Part shown: positions 11,950-24,941 of the stretch, piece by piece | Numbering within the stretch: the stretch's first letter is position 1 | Layout of the letters: each line of letters opens with the position of its first letter | Assembly: GCA_951406725.2 (NCBI GenBank) | Contig: OX597817.1 | Location: forward strand, 99,138,001-99,202,000 | Direction of reading: 5' to 3' | Origin: Octopus vulgaris | Taxonomy: Eukaryota | DNA length: 64,000 nt | Position numbers and translations under genes: made by a program | The notes under the pieces: generated by a model | What the model was told of the DNA's origin: nothing | Seen by the model: only the letters and a program-made list of their open reading frames with translations | Database searches by the model: none

Positions 11950-13946
11950 CAAAGAAGACTCACCACCTACTCAATAGGAAAGATAGGAGACATGGTGGAG
12001 TTGCAAAGTACATTCATGAAGACCTCACACCCCAGATCTTTTTGTCACACTCAAACTTGGTGTGTGACACACTAATTATACATTTAAGACAACTCAATAT
12101 AGTTATATGTACTACTTATCCCCCATCAGATGCTCCAAATCATACCAAACTATTTGAAGACTGCCTTGCAAGAATAGAAGTCTTAACCAAACTAGAACAA
12201 CACATCATTATATATCTCATGAGACTTCAACCTGCTCAATATAGGATGGCCTGCAGGTTTTTTCCTAAGGAATGAGTGATGTGAATGAAGTCAAGTGGAA
12301 TCTCTGCTCAACCTCACTAAGTTATACATGAAACAAGTAATACTCCAATCAACAAGGGCAAACAATATACAGTGGTACCTTGACTTACAAGTGTCCACAC
12401 CTCTAAAAAGATGGTTCCCTCATGGGAAACCCAATGAGGATAAGTGAAGCACAGAATGAACAATTCAATAGTGTTTTCAGCTCACCCTTATGACACATGC
12501 AAGTCAACATACTTGTAGGATTCTTTATCACTACAGACGTAAAGCACATGGGGAGTGGGGAGGGGAGAACAATTGATTACATCAACATCATAGAAGAGGA
12601 TGAAATATTGGCTATAGATGAGGTAGATGCAAACTCAGCTGCTGACCCCAATCTCATCAATCCTTTTCAAATCATGCAAACAAGCCCTTACAAGTCATAA
12701 GCTCCCAGGCAAACTGAAATAGGGAATAATATGCCCTATTCATAAAGGAGGAAGTAGAGCAGATACTAAAAACTATAGGCATACCTCTCTGACCTCACAC
12801 ATCAGCAAAGTCATGAAATAAATACTCCAAAGGAAACTAATTGTATTCCTTGAAGAGAATGACTTACTGACTGACACCTAGCATGGTTTTCAACCAGGCA
12901 AAAAGTTGCCTAACACAGCTCTTACAGCACTACAACTGGATGTAAAAGCAGCTGCTCAACAATTCAAATGTGGATGGAGCATAACTTGACATTGCAAAAT
13001 CCTTTGATAAAGTCAACCATGGTATGATATGTCACAAGCTACATAATCAGAAAACTTGGAGAGTGGCTACATGATTTTCTAAAAGATAGAAGTCAGATAG
13101 CAGTGACTAATGGGGCTATTTCAAGTCACTGCTGTTCATAGTGGTCCTCTCAGACATGCCCTCAGCTGCTCAGAGAGCCACCCTTGCTAGCTATACAGAT
13201 GATATAAGTCACTCAGAGGGTACAGAACTCTGAAATGAGTAATGATGTATCTTTCCAGGTGCATATTACTAAGTTGGCAATAAAATACAGATGGTTGGCT
13301 GGATGGCTTCTTAAAACATTCAAGATGAGAGAACAGGAAACTACGATGGTCATCTGGAGGATATTGATCTTCACCAATTTAGATTACAGCTTCCAACAAT
13401 GGTCACCATACAATCAAAAATTAACAGTGGAACTCAGAGCAATTTAGTGAAGCTACACAAAGAACATCGTCTAAATGCAACATGTCAGGTACGGGGAGAA
13501 ACTAAAAACAAGACTCTACTCCCTAGAATGAAGATGGATAAGATATGCAGTGATATACATCTGGAAAATTCTAGAAGTTGGTCATTGAAAGTTATACAAA
13601 CAGCAGAACAGGGCACCACTGTATAGTACCAAAAAACGAACATTACCTCAGGATACAGAACCAAGTACTGCAACAGCTTCGGTTTCAAGTGCCCATAGCT
13701 CTTCAATATCCTTCCAAAACACCTGGGAGACCTCCACAGGATGGATGTAGGTGTTTTCAAAACAAAACTGGATCCCCTCCTGCCAAGAGTTTCAAATGAA
13801 CCTACCTCACAGAAAAAGACACAGGTGTAGGCAGCAACATCAAAACTCTCATTTACCAAATGCCACATATCAGAAGAGGCTTAGTGAGAGTATAGCAAAA
13901 GGTGGTACCCAGCATGGTTGCAGCTCTCAGATAGAAACTAGAAAAG
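11950..13946 (+). mobile_element. Degenerate CR1-clade LINE (APE + RT + 3' tail)
   Basis: RKDRRHGGVAKYI (APE), AKSFDKVNHG, LDYSFQQWSP; tail GGTGGTACCCAGCATGG at about 13901. Confidence 0.85.
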
Positions 13947-14027
13947 GAAAGGATACATGCATATATATATGTACATGTACATACATATATGTGATTTGGG
14001 CAGAATCAGAGGATCCCATTGTAACAT

Positions 14028-16590
14028 TTAAATTATCCGAGTCCAATATTTTTCATTATATGAAATTAATGTTTTTCTGATAGTTTGGATTATCTCTCTT
14101 TCCAAAGGTGAAATGTTCTTAAACCTATTTGCAAATGCCAATGCCTTATCTAAAAGACTCAGAGATACTGACTGATAATAATTATCAATGTCGAATTGTA
14201 TAAAATAAGTTTTCTCCTTATTTTGAGTTGAACAAAACCATGTAATTACATCAGGACATATCAAATGTATTGTGGGTTTACTAATAAAATTTGCCTTATG
14301 GTTCTTAAAGGTGAAATAGGGGATCTTTGGAGAATAGGGCATGGTCCTATCTAGTAAATTCAAGTCCTTTATTAGTCTATGATGTTCTCTATTAATCTTG
14401 TTCAAACCATTATCATGTGCCATATTATACCTAGAATTCAACTCTTTACATTTAAAATCAGTATATACATTAACTGGAATAGAAAACAGATTACCAGTTT
14501 TATCATGAAGATTGTCTGAGTTTTTTATATTAGAAATTATTTTCTGTAGTCTTTTTTGCAAAGAATTGGTTGTCCTGGAGAATTTCAGCCTTTTCATAAT
14601 AAATATAAAATCCTTTTTGAATTTCAGTAGTTCAAGGGTGTGCGGAGGTTCCTGTATTGTAGTTTTCATGCTATTAATCCATTTCTTATTCCCCAATTCA
14701 AAATAAAAAGCTCTCCATCTCCTTCTTTTAATCAGGTCATTAATCTTTTGCAATAATGTTTCCATATATACATGTTTTGGAGGAATTGGGATGTTTTTAA
14801 TGGATAAACCAAGAATCTGTTTCTCCATGTGTTATTTCTATAGGTAGTGCTCAATTTGAGCTAATGATATATTAAATAATAAAAGAGTAACTCTTTCCAC
14901 AAAATAACACAGAAGGGCTCAGTATATTGAGCAAATACAAAAGTTCAACAAGGGAGAGAAAACAGATTAGTTTATCATCCTCCTAGTCTGGCCAATGCAT
15001 ATTCAAATTGGAAATACAGTCAAATATATACATAATATATTTTTATTATATAATCCCAAGGTTAGGCAATCACAATATATATATGCAGAAAATTACATCA
15101 AATAATAATCTAAATTAAAATCACAAGCAGGTGAGATGTTTAAAAGATTTCAATAGGTGCAGGAGTGACTGTGTGGTAAGTAGCTTGCTAACCAACCACA
15201 TGGTTCCGGGTTCAGTCCCACTGCGTGGCATCTTGGGCAAGTGTCTTCTGCAATAGCCCCGGGCCGACCAATGCCTTGTGAGTGGATTTGGTAGACGGAA
15301 ACTGAAAGAAGCCCGTCGTATATATGTATATATATATATGTATGTGTGTGTGTTTGTGTGTCAGTGTTTGTCCCCCTAGCATTGCTTGACAACCGAATAA
15401 GTCCCGGGGTCGATTTGCTCGACTAAAGGCGGTGCTCCAGCATGGCCGCAGTCAAATGACTGAAACAACTAAAAGAGTAAAGAGAGAGAGTCCTCGAATG
15501 AAGTAAAATTAAATAGAGTAAGGTGATTTAAAACTGTTCTCAAATGAAATAGAAATAAAACAGTTCATGAATGAAATATAATGAAGTGAGATTGTTTCAG
15601 GGAATACGCAAAGCAAAAACTTTTTCTTTCTACTTTGGTGGCCGCATTTCCTTCATCAGAGATAGAATTTTTAAAGTTTATATTTTTTTAAAGTTTAAGA
15701 TTTTTTAAAAGAGTTTTTCCCACAATAGCTGTGTGATCTTGGTAATAAATATAAAAAATCCAGAAGAGTTGTAAATGAATATAAAAATTAAATTAAGAAT
15801 GAAAATTCCAAGTGGTCCAGTGTGTATGAAATAAATTTTCATGTCTTATGATTATTAGAAATACACGATTATATTTATACCTATACTAAATTATATATCT
15901 GAATATGGATGAGTGGAGATCTATATCAGGGAACTCAGCATTTTAAAAACATTTTATTTAAAAAAAAATTTTTTTTCAATTTTTTTATTTTCTAAAAAAA
16001 GTGGTAAGTTGATAGCAACTTGTGCCAACATGAGATCAAAACCTTGGATATCTTATTCAGCAATAATTTTTTATCTGTTCTTAATATATTTATGGCTTCT
16101 TTCAAACAAAGTCTACAGGTTTTTGTATGGGTGTTATATAGAGTATACTCCCCCATGATAGACCATTTTAGGGCGTATACTTTATTACTATTTTTTAATT
16201 TATTTATATATATGGCCAAAGCATTGAATGTTTCGTATTCTTGTTAATAAAAGAATTCATATGTACCCTATATCTAATCATGAAATTTGTAGTGTTTCCA
16301 ATGTATACTTTTTTAACTTCATTTAAAGTATTCACTTCACATTTATATGCTACATTGTTGAGTAGACACTGACCATCTAATGGACAATTTTTGAGGGATC
16401 GACAATCACAACTTTTTTTTGCAAAACCACCCATTGTCAAATTTTGTATTTTGAGCATATTATTTGTGGCAATAATCAATCCGAGGTTTGATGCTGTGGA
16501 GTAAGAAAATTTCAGACTCAATTTGTTAAAGATAGAATGGTACATATGTGTTGAAGGAAAATTATTCTCAATTAATTTAAAGAATAACTG
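14028..16590 (-). mobile_element. Penelope-like element in partial-tandem layout (GIY-YIG end, pLTR, then RT N-terminus)
   Basis: 16590-15992: CDC..CPLDGQC..VAYKC..VYIG..CRLC. 14828-14028: SIKNIPIP..RWRA..DKTGN..FDIDNYY. Confidence 0.85.
15156..15490 (+). mobile_element. Family-A SINE
   Basis: Near-identical head and tail to 4343-4760, with an internal deletion. Confidence 0.9.
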
Positions 16591-16999
16591 GAGGAGTGCA
16601 GCACGAAGTTTTGTCAGTGAACAGGTCGCGGTCTCAAAGCAACAAAAATATTTTGACAAATTAAATTTAAATGTTGAAGTGAATCTAATGGTCTTTGTGT
16701 GTTTCTTAAATGGCTTATAAACACCTTCCACGCTGCAATTATATATATACATATATATATATAAAATTATTAATAGTAGGGAATATAAAATTCCAAGGCA
16801 ACAGGGAAAAACAAACTCAATTTAGTAATACTAAATCAAATTTCACAATATATTGAATACATATAGAATTAAGAGACAGAACCTCCATAAAGTAATTCAA
16901 TTAATAATGAAAGATATTATCTATAATAAAATATAGCTTGAAGGCTGTCTTGGCTGACCTGATGTATTTCCAGGCTTGCGTGTTGGTTGCACTCACATC

Positions 17000-17720
17000 T
17001 TCAGTTGTCTTTGGGCTTGTAGATGTTGTTACCACTGGTATTGCTAGGGCTACCATTGGTGCTGTTATCATTACAAGGTGTGTCCAGTAATATCGTTGTG
17101 GCTGCTGTTGCTGTGGCTGTTGTCATTGTGGTGGTCATCTTTGGTCACGAAGTTGGCATTACTGTCACTGATGGTAATGTGGGTGCCATTGTTGGTAATA
17201 CTGTGTGTGGAGCCAGTGGCCTTGCTGGTGCTGCTGGTCATCCTCTCTGGCCATAGTGCTGGTGCTTGGGTCGCTAGCATTAGTGCTGGTGTTTCTGCAG
17301 CTGTTGCTGCTTCCAATAGGGTCAATGTTGTTGGATGATCTATTGCTGCTATTACTATGGTTGCTAGGACAGGGTATCACCAGAGCTTCATAGATGACTC
17401 TCTCAGCCTTGCATTGGCCAGTAATGTGTGCACAACCAACATCCAAGCCTAGAAATACATCAGGTCAGCCAAAACAGCCTTCAAACGATACCTGTACAAC
17501 CACAGGTCCTTCTTCAGGATTCCGGAAAGACGATTCATTACATCTCTGGCCAGCCATGTGTGACACCTCAATGATGAAGGGACCTCATACAATATCAAGC
17601 GAAGGATCTACATTAACAGGAGCAAATGCTGCAATTTTTGCATAGCTGAGCAAGCAAGGATACTCAAAAACTCCCTGAAATCTGGATCACTCATCAGGAA
17701 ATTTACAGCCCTTGCATTCA
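17000..17720 (-). mobile_element. Possible Penelope-like endonuclease remnant with low-complexity insert
   Basis: GCAHITGQCKAERVIYEALV resembles CPLxGxC..VIYxAxV, followed by S/T/A/N-rich low complexity. Confidence 0.4.
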
Positions 17721-18027
17721 TTTCCAGTGCTACCTGCTACTAGCATGGGATTCCCCATTCTTCAATTAAGCCTGAAAGGGTCCTTATGATACATAAACCA
17801 GCTAAGAGATAAATCCCTGGTTTCTCCTTTTTGGCTCACAAAAAACAGGTCTAAGAGAGATAACTTGTGCTCACTGACTCCGGACTATACATTCTTTAGT
17901 GACAACTGACTAAATGAATGTAATGAATTCCTGCTTCCCAGAGGTAAAGAATCTGATGAGACGTCCACAATGACAATGCAAAACCATTAGGCACTCTATG
18001 ACTGGACATAAACTTGAATACTTTTAA

Positions 18028-18974
18028 TCTATCTTATATATTAAAAGGCAAGTGAACCACTTCTACTCCTACAATTTTCAACCAAATTTGACATGTGTGC
18101 TCTCTTTGACTTAGGACGTGTTTTCTTATAATTTCTTCCTCGAAATTCCGCAACCCCAACATAAATAGACTACTCTCAATTCGCCTAGGATCTTAACCCA
18201 CCACGTCTATGCAACGGTACGTGTACAATTTTTGGCGCTTCTTCAGAAGCGCACTTCTCCAAGAAAATGATGCCTAATTTTTAAAACAATTATGAAAATG
18301 GGAAAAATATCCAAAATAAATGAAGTACACGAGCTTCATCAATTTTAAAATATTTTATACTAAAAACTAAAACACAGAAAATGGGAACTCACAAATATAA
18401 ACAAACATATCGGACCATACAAGGGGTGGTAACTTGTAGCAGATATTATTAATGATATGAGGGGCCTGACAATAATGCTTGCAAATTCTTGATTGCTTTT
18501 AATCAGATTCTTTACTGCACACACTGGTAAGAGTTAGTGCAGCACATGCTGCTACCATGTAACAGTTGTTCGGAAATACCTGTTCAGTGGTAGCAGGACA
18601 TGCTAGAAATACCAGACAAATTGGTTAATGTTTACAAGTACACCTGCATCAACCCCCACCACTTTTCTTTCTTAAATATATACATTATAGCCTCTGGCCC
18701 ACCAAAGCCTTGTAAGTGGATTTCGTATACAGAAACTGAAAGAACACTGTCATATATATGTGTAGATTAGTGTGTGTGTGTTCGTATCCCCACCATTGCT
18801 TTACAACTGATGTTGGTGTGTCTACATACCTATAACTTAGCAGTTCGGCAAAAGACACTGATATGATAATTAGTAGGTGGTGCTCCAGCATGGCCGCAGT
18901 CACATGACTGAAGCAAATAAAACAATAAAAACTATGCCATTTTAATCCTGAGCAAGGCCGGGTATCTCTGCTAG
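18028..18974 (+). mobile_element. Non-autonomous Helitron containing a partial family-A SINE (about 18690-18925)
   Basis: A|TCTATCTTATATATTAAAA 5' end; 3' hairpin CCTGAGCAAGGCCGGG then CTAG|T. Confidence 0.75.
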
Positions 18975-19240
18975 TTTATATAAAACTGAGAATGCGTGTG
19001 TGTCTGTCTGGATGTGTGCATCACTAAAACTCGAGAATTTCATTGAAATTTTACACATAACTTACTTAGGGTCCATGCAGAGTCATGGGCCAAAAAAATT
19101 TTCAACTCTTTGCCTAATGCGAACCCAGAGCAATCTCTTATCTCATACACTATTTCAGTATTATGTGTCAAAAGTGAAACAACATTTTTATTGTAATGTA
19201 AGATAATACTTTCAGTATGTATATAATATATATATAGTGA
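18975..19240 (+). mobile_element. Helitron-like 5' fragment; homologous copy on the minus strand at about 27560-27800
   Basis: TATATAAAACTGAGAATG..TTACTTAGGGTCCATG..ACTATTTCAGTATTA..AAAAGTGAAACA is shared in inverted orientation. Confidence 0.65.
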
Positions 19241-19423
19241 AACTATTAATATCTCTCTCAAACACAAACACACACATATTATATGTATGCATGTATATAT
19301 GTGTATATACATCTGCACATATATATATGTATATATGTAGATGTATTTCTATACTTGTATGAGTATAGATGTATATGTATATATATGTACATGTATATAT
19401 ATAGAGAGAGATTTATATGTATA

Positions 19424-19463
<40 letters not shown>

Positions 19464-19680
19464 TATAATTAATATAGGATAAAATTTTTTTTGGGAAAAA
19501 AATCTTATCAATGGCCAGCATATCAAAAAATGCCTTTAAAGGTAAAATTTATACATAATTTACAAGATAAGGGCAGAAGAAAAATTCTAATGCCAGATAC
19601 GCCAAAACAAAAAATTGTCGATAACCATTAAATTTATGCGTCTCGAAACAAACCGATAAAAATCTCTAAAAAATTTGTTA

Positions 19681-19741
19681 TTACCGTATTGGTCCAATTT
19701 CGGGGTTAATTCACAAGAAATTTTCCCCTCTTCAGTGGCAA
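19681..19741 (-). ncRNA. Type-I hammerhead ribozyme in a Penelope-type pLTR-like cassette (about 19480-19830)
   Basis: TTGCCA-CTGAAGA-GGGG..CCCC-GAAA-TTGGACCAA-TA|CGGTAA: complete core, stem II, palindromic stem III. Confidence 0.85.
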
Positions 19742-19834
19742 ATACGCGAGATATAAATGAAATACTTACTCATACCCATGGAAGAAGCAAGCACCAAGTC
19801 CCGAGCAGACTTAAGTACCCCAAATATATCCAAC

Positions 19835-20740
19835 AACTTGATACCTCTGTAATTATTTTTATCTAATGCACCACCTTTACCTTTGTAGCAGTTGATTATG
19901 GTACTGCTACACCAGTCATTGCGTATGACTCCTTCATGTATCACCTGATTGACTATATGGGTGACTAGACTATAGCTGACACCGCCAGATATTTTAAGCA
20001 TCTCTGCAGTGATTTTTGATAGGCTGGGGGCTTTCCCTGTTTTCATATCCTTAATTGCCTTATCTACCAAGGTACTGTCAACTCGGATAGCTGGTCCCTC
20101 TGTTAGGTCAACATTCTGCAGACTCTCTTTCTCCCATTCTCTGCATTTAGCAACCGTTCATAGAGGCGTCTCCAAGTCTCTCTCCTAGCAGCCTCATTAA
20201 ATGCAAGTGAGCTGTCATCCATGCGGACACATTTCTTTCCTATGACATCACGGTTCTCTCTCACACACTGTCTTGAAACACAAAACACCTCAAGTCTTTG
20301 ATGCAGAACATTGGCAAATTTTTTCTTATCTGCTTCCCATCTGGCTAAATAACCCTGTCTCCTAGCTTCCCTTCTGGCAGTCTGATACAATTCCCTGTTA
20401 CCATCGTTCTTCTAATCCTTCCATACCTGTTTCTTTTCCCTTTGGGCCTTCTCAACTACATTGTTCCACCACTAGGTTATCTTGGGGCGAGGGGGAACTT
20501 TTCACCATCTACAGATCTGGTCAGTGGTCCTCAACAGGTCGTCCCATAGAAAATTCCAGTTGTCTTCCACATCATGTGGTAATATATCCCCCTCTATTTC
20601 GTTAAAAGCTTTGAGTAATACATCTCTAAATCTCTGTCCATTTGCAGGATCCTTAATCTTCTGGGCATCCATTTAGCCCTGATCCTGAAGTCACTAACTA
20701 CTAATCTATGTTGTGGGGTGCATTCTTCACCTGAGAAGTT
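19835..20740 (-). mobile_element. RTE-clade LINE fragment
   Basis: MKTGKAP..ITAEMLK..NYRGIKLLD (ORFs 19732..20070 and 20103..20390). Confidence 0.85.
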
Positions 20741-20974
20741 TTATTTATATATATATATATTATATATACATGCATATAAATATACATGTATATATATATA
20801 TACTAGCATTAAAGACCCGTCATTGCCGGGTCATAGTGCTAGTGCATGTATATATGTGTATATATATGTGTACATATTACATGTACATCTATATATATAC
20901 ATCTACACATAAAATACAAAATACAAAGTTATATCTTGATATCGCTAGTGATAACAATACTCAAAATATATAAC

Positions 20975-21289
20975 AGACTGGAATTGTTAGCCCGTCTCTT
21001 GTAATTTCGATCAATTGTATCTTGTCCTCCCTCTTGTATAGAAGTTTGGCTACAATCCAGCCTACCTCTACTTGGGGGGGGGGGCATTAAAAATTTTTTT
21101 GCGGGATGTCCTACATCCCTGATATAAAGGTAAAAATAAAATATTTCCACTTTGCAAGTTTGAGTCAAGTACTCCCTTGCACGCTCCGTTGACTCAAACC
21201 TTGCTTCTATTGTGGCGAATTTACCGCCTCTGATTAGATATCTTTCATAATTGCACCAAGACACTTTTCGAAGATGCTTTCCTCCATGT
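20975..21289 (-). mobile_element. 3' half of an older Tx1-type ORF1 fragment (5' half at 27276-27420)
   Basis: Frameshifted MEESIFEKCLGAIMKDI / YLIRGGKFATIEARF / NILFLPLYQGCRTS aligns to the young ORF1 IEEKKIEYCLKPLMDKITYINRGKRYGTVEVRF..NIVLLPLYRGKRTS. Confidence 0.8.
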
Positions 21290-21535
21290 TGTTTTATTAT
21301 TACCCACAAGGGGCGAACATAGATGGGACAATACAATCTGATGACGGGGTCAGACACACGAATGGGTTTTACAAAAAAGCGAATTTTAAAAATTTACAGA
21401 AAATTACAAAAATAACAAGAAATTGAATGTTGGAACAGACCGGAAGACATTACGGGTGGAGTGGGTGCGGGTTTAGCTCGGACCCCACGAGCCCCGCCTC
21501 CCCACTGATACTTTTGGTTTCGTTTGGTTTTACAT

Positions 21536-24500
21536 TTATGTTGTATCATTCACTCGCAACTTTCGTGCTACATTTTTCCATCGTTCTTCATACACTCTCC
21601 TAGTCAGGCATATTCTCTCCAGCCCTATCTTCCTTTTCAGGTGAAAGATGAAATAATTCATCAAACCAGGGCCGGAGATGAACTTGCCTGACTGTAGACC
21701 TTTCATTCTCGTCTTCAATATCACCTCTTTCGCAATTGCTACTATAACGAGAAAACAAAACTTACCTTCTTTCGCGAGGAAATCTGGTGGGTCAATTTTT
21801 GTAATCGACTCAGTCGACAGCTGTACTCTTCGTGTACTTGACAACAGCTGTTCGGCATAAACCCACACCTCAGACACGTCCGGACAATGAACAATAGCGT
21901 GCGGGACGGTTTCCCTATCCCGCCCGCATCTTGGACATATCGGACTGTCTTGGCCACCGTGCCTTGCGAGTTTATCCCGAACAGGTAGAGCTCCTCTGTA
22001 GCATTGCCATGCCAGAGACTTCTGGAAATTGTCCAGTGTCTTCGGCTTGAACGTACGTCAGAACAGACTGGCCAGCTGATTATCGTCGAGACCTAGGGTT
22101 TCCCCCAAGGTATCTTCACATTCCGCCTCTACCAACCCTCTATAGAAGAATGTGGTGGAACCCCCACCGCAGGAGTTGCCCGAGCGACGGAATAGCAGGA
22201 GAGCCTTGCGACACTCCGTATACCAAGTACCAAGTTTCGATCTACGATTCAGCCAGGTTTCCCATCCACCGAAACTAGTGAACTTGAGAAACATCAGTTT
22301 TGCTAGCGAAGACCACACCCTTTCACCATCCAGGTAGAGCCACAGATGTCTTAACCTCAGCGCATGTCTGCGCATCATCAGCCAAGGCATCCCTAGCCCA
22401 CCCTTTAATGGTTGCTGACAGCAAGTAGAGCGTTTCACAAGTGGTTTCCCGCCCTTCCACAAGAAGTAGAAGAGCTGTCTTTCCAACTTGATCAACCACA
22501 AATCAGGGCAAGGAACGACGGAAAGGCAGTAGGTGATAACCGATGCGATAAACACATTGGCCACCTCCGCCCTCCCTTTCAGGGATAGCCACCGCCAAGA
22601 CCAGGTCTTGGTTTCTGCAGCCACCCTGCTCGATACCTCGCCCCAATTCTTCTCTATTTGGAGGTCTGGACCGAACCAGACCCCTAGCAATTTAATCGGA
22701 CCCTCCGTCCAACGTCCCACGACGCTGTCATGAGGCATCGACTTGCCTCTCCAGGTGCCGAGTTGCAAGCCGACTGACTTTTTGCGATTAACTTTTGCTC
22801 CTGTCACCATCTCGTAAACCTCTATGGCCTTGCCTACTTTACATAGGTGGTCCATTTCGGTTACGATGATGGTGATGTCATCCGCGTACGCTGACACTGA
22901 TTTTCCACTACCTGGCTGTCTCGGGATGCCGCTCAGTTTTCGCAGTAATGGCTCAAGAGCCATCACGTACTAAAGCGGGGAGAGCGGACACCCTTGACGA
23001 ACTGAGCGCTTGATGTTGAACGGCTTCGACAAGAAGCCGTTCACCCGAACTACCGAGTCAATGTTATCGTAAATTTGTATAATCCACCTGAGGAAGCCAA
23101 GGCTCAGCCCGAACTGTGCCAGGGCAGATACCAGGTACCGATGGTCGACCCTATCAAATGCTTTAGATTGGTCTAAATGGACCAGTGCCCCACCCTTGCC
23201 AGAATCACTATTAAACCCCTCTATAGTGTACCGCATTAGATGGAGATTATCCTGAATGGTTCTGCCCGGAACGGCACATGTCTGTGCCTCCCCGATCAGA
23301 CCATCCGCGACACGCGCCAATCTTTTCGATAATACTTTGGCCAAAATCTTCAACTCTGTGTTTAGCAGAGTGATGGGCCTGAAATTATCAATGCACTTCC
23401 CCTTGCTCGGGTCCTTTCTGACTAGTGTCACTACTCCCCGGCGCACAGATCTGGGTATAAACCCGTTCTGCTGCCAGTTCGCATAGACCTCCGCCAGTAG
23501 GTGCCCGAACAAGTCTGGCATACTCTTATATAACTCATAAGGTAGACCATCCAAACCCGGCGCCTTGCCCGCGCCGCAGTCCGCCATTGCCCCAACCACC
23601 TCCTCAGGCGTGATTAGCCCTTCACAGCCCTCCGCATCTCGCCCCAATAAGCGCGGCAGCCCATCGAGTAGGTCCGTATAGGCCCTCCTCCAATCCAGTC
23701 CGCCGCACTCACCGAAAAGCTGAGCGAAGTGCTCCTGAAAGGCCTCACACATCTCCTCGGGTTTGTTTAACAACTCACCTTGTTGGTTCGTCAAAGATCG
23801 AATCGTGGCATCGTTACCTTGCTGTGCTTCCACCACTCGGGCCCATCTCACGGCGTTGATTCCTTCACAACCCATATGGCGGATCCTAGCCCTGACAATG
23901 CAGCCCATGTGTTTGGCCTCGAGGTGCTGGTTTAACACCAGTCTCTTGGCCGTCACCTGAGCCGCAGAGCCAGTTTTCAAGGCTTCCTCTAATTCCTTAA
24001 CTAGAGTAGTTTCCCTTCTAGCCTCTCTAGCCACTACTCCTATGCTATATCTAATTGACTCGAACTTGATGGCTCGTTTGAGGGCGTACCACCATTTGTT
24101 ATTAATGATGGTACCAGATAGTGCCCTCTGAATTATATCCCTAATCCGGTCTTTGTACTCCTTAATCGCCAAAAGGGACGTATTAAGTTTCCAGTAACCG
24201 GATCCTCTATTTTTAACCTTATCTATGTCAAGCTTACAAGTGACCATTTTATGATCACTGTAGCTGATCGGGTAAAACTGTGGACACTTAGCTATTTTAC
24301 TGTCTACTTTTCTAATTAGAATTCTATCTAAATATGACCTGGAAGATCCGTCGCTGTTTGACCATGTCCACAATGGAGTGTTCGGAAATTCCAGCCTATA
24401 AGGATCTGCTAGCTCAAAGCGGCTTAGCAGATCCATGAAGCCACTGTTACCTTTTCTATCTGAACGCGAGCCAACACAATCTACATCCGCTTTGCAAATT

Positions 24501-24932
24501 GTGTTAAAGTCTCCTAGCACAACTAATGAATGCGAAGTACCAAGAAAGTTTTCTAGTTCACGAAAATAATCACTTTGCCCTGTACTGTTGGGTGCGTAAA
24601 TTGCAACCAGTCTGATAACTTTACCGTTACTGAACGTCAAATCCATGACGACCAGCCTACCTTCTGGATCTGCAAAAATTAACTTTTTCTCAGAAACCCG
24701 GTTTCTTTTTAATAGGACCAACACCCCACTCCCGCCCGTAGGACTGCCAGGAGAGAAAAAAACTCTCGTAGCCGTCAAACAGCGGGAGCAGACCTCTTGG
24801 CCCCTCTAACCGGTTTTCTGTAGCAACAATAACATCTAAATTCCGCGACCTGATATCATGCAGGAAGCGACCTTGCTTCCAGCCTGCACCCAGGCTGCGC
24901 ACATTCAAACAACCAACATAAATGTAATCCAT
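21536..24932 (-). pseudogene. Tx1/L1 ORF2 (APE endonuclease, reverse transcriptase, zinc knuckle)
   Basis: CLNVRSL, LGDFN, YLDRI, SDH, KAPGLDG, RPITLLN, DQSKAFD, RQGCPLSP, YADD, CPRC..H...C. Frameshift in a T-run near 24760; stops at 22970 and 22058. Confidence 0.92.
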
Positions 24933-24941
24933 TACTTACCT

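Noticed and set aside
15590-15665. CTGATGA-stem II-GAAAC in the PLE pLTR (weak relatives at 10751-10860 and 28056-28080)
   Set aside because: Stem I/III are lost or the motif is truncated. Counted only as relics, not as functional ribozymes.
20929-21357. Apparent third ORF downstream of Tx1 ORF2
   Set aside because: It is a chimera of the LINE 3' tail and the interrupted older ORF1; the TSD places the boundary at 21290.
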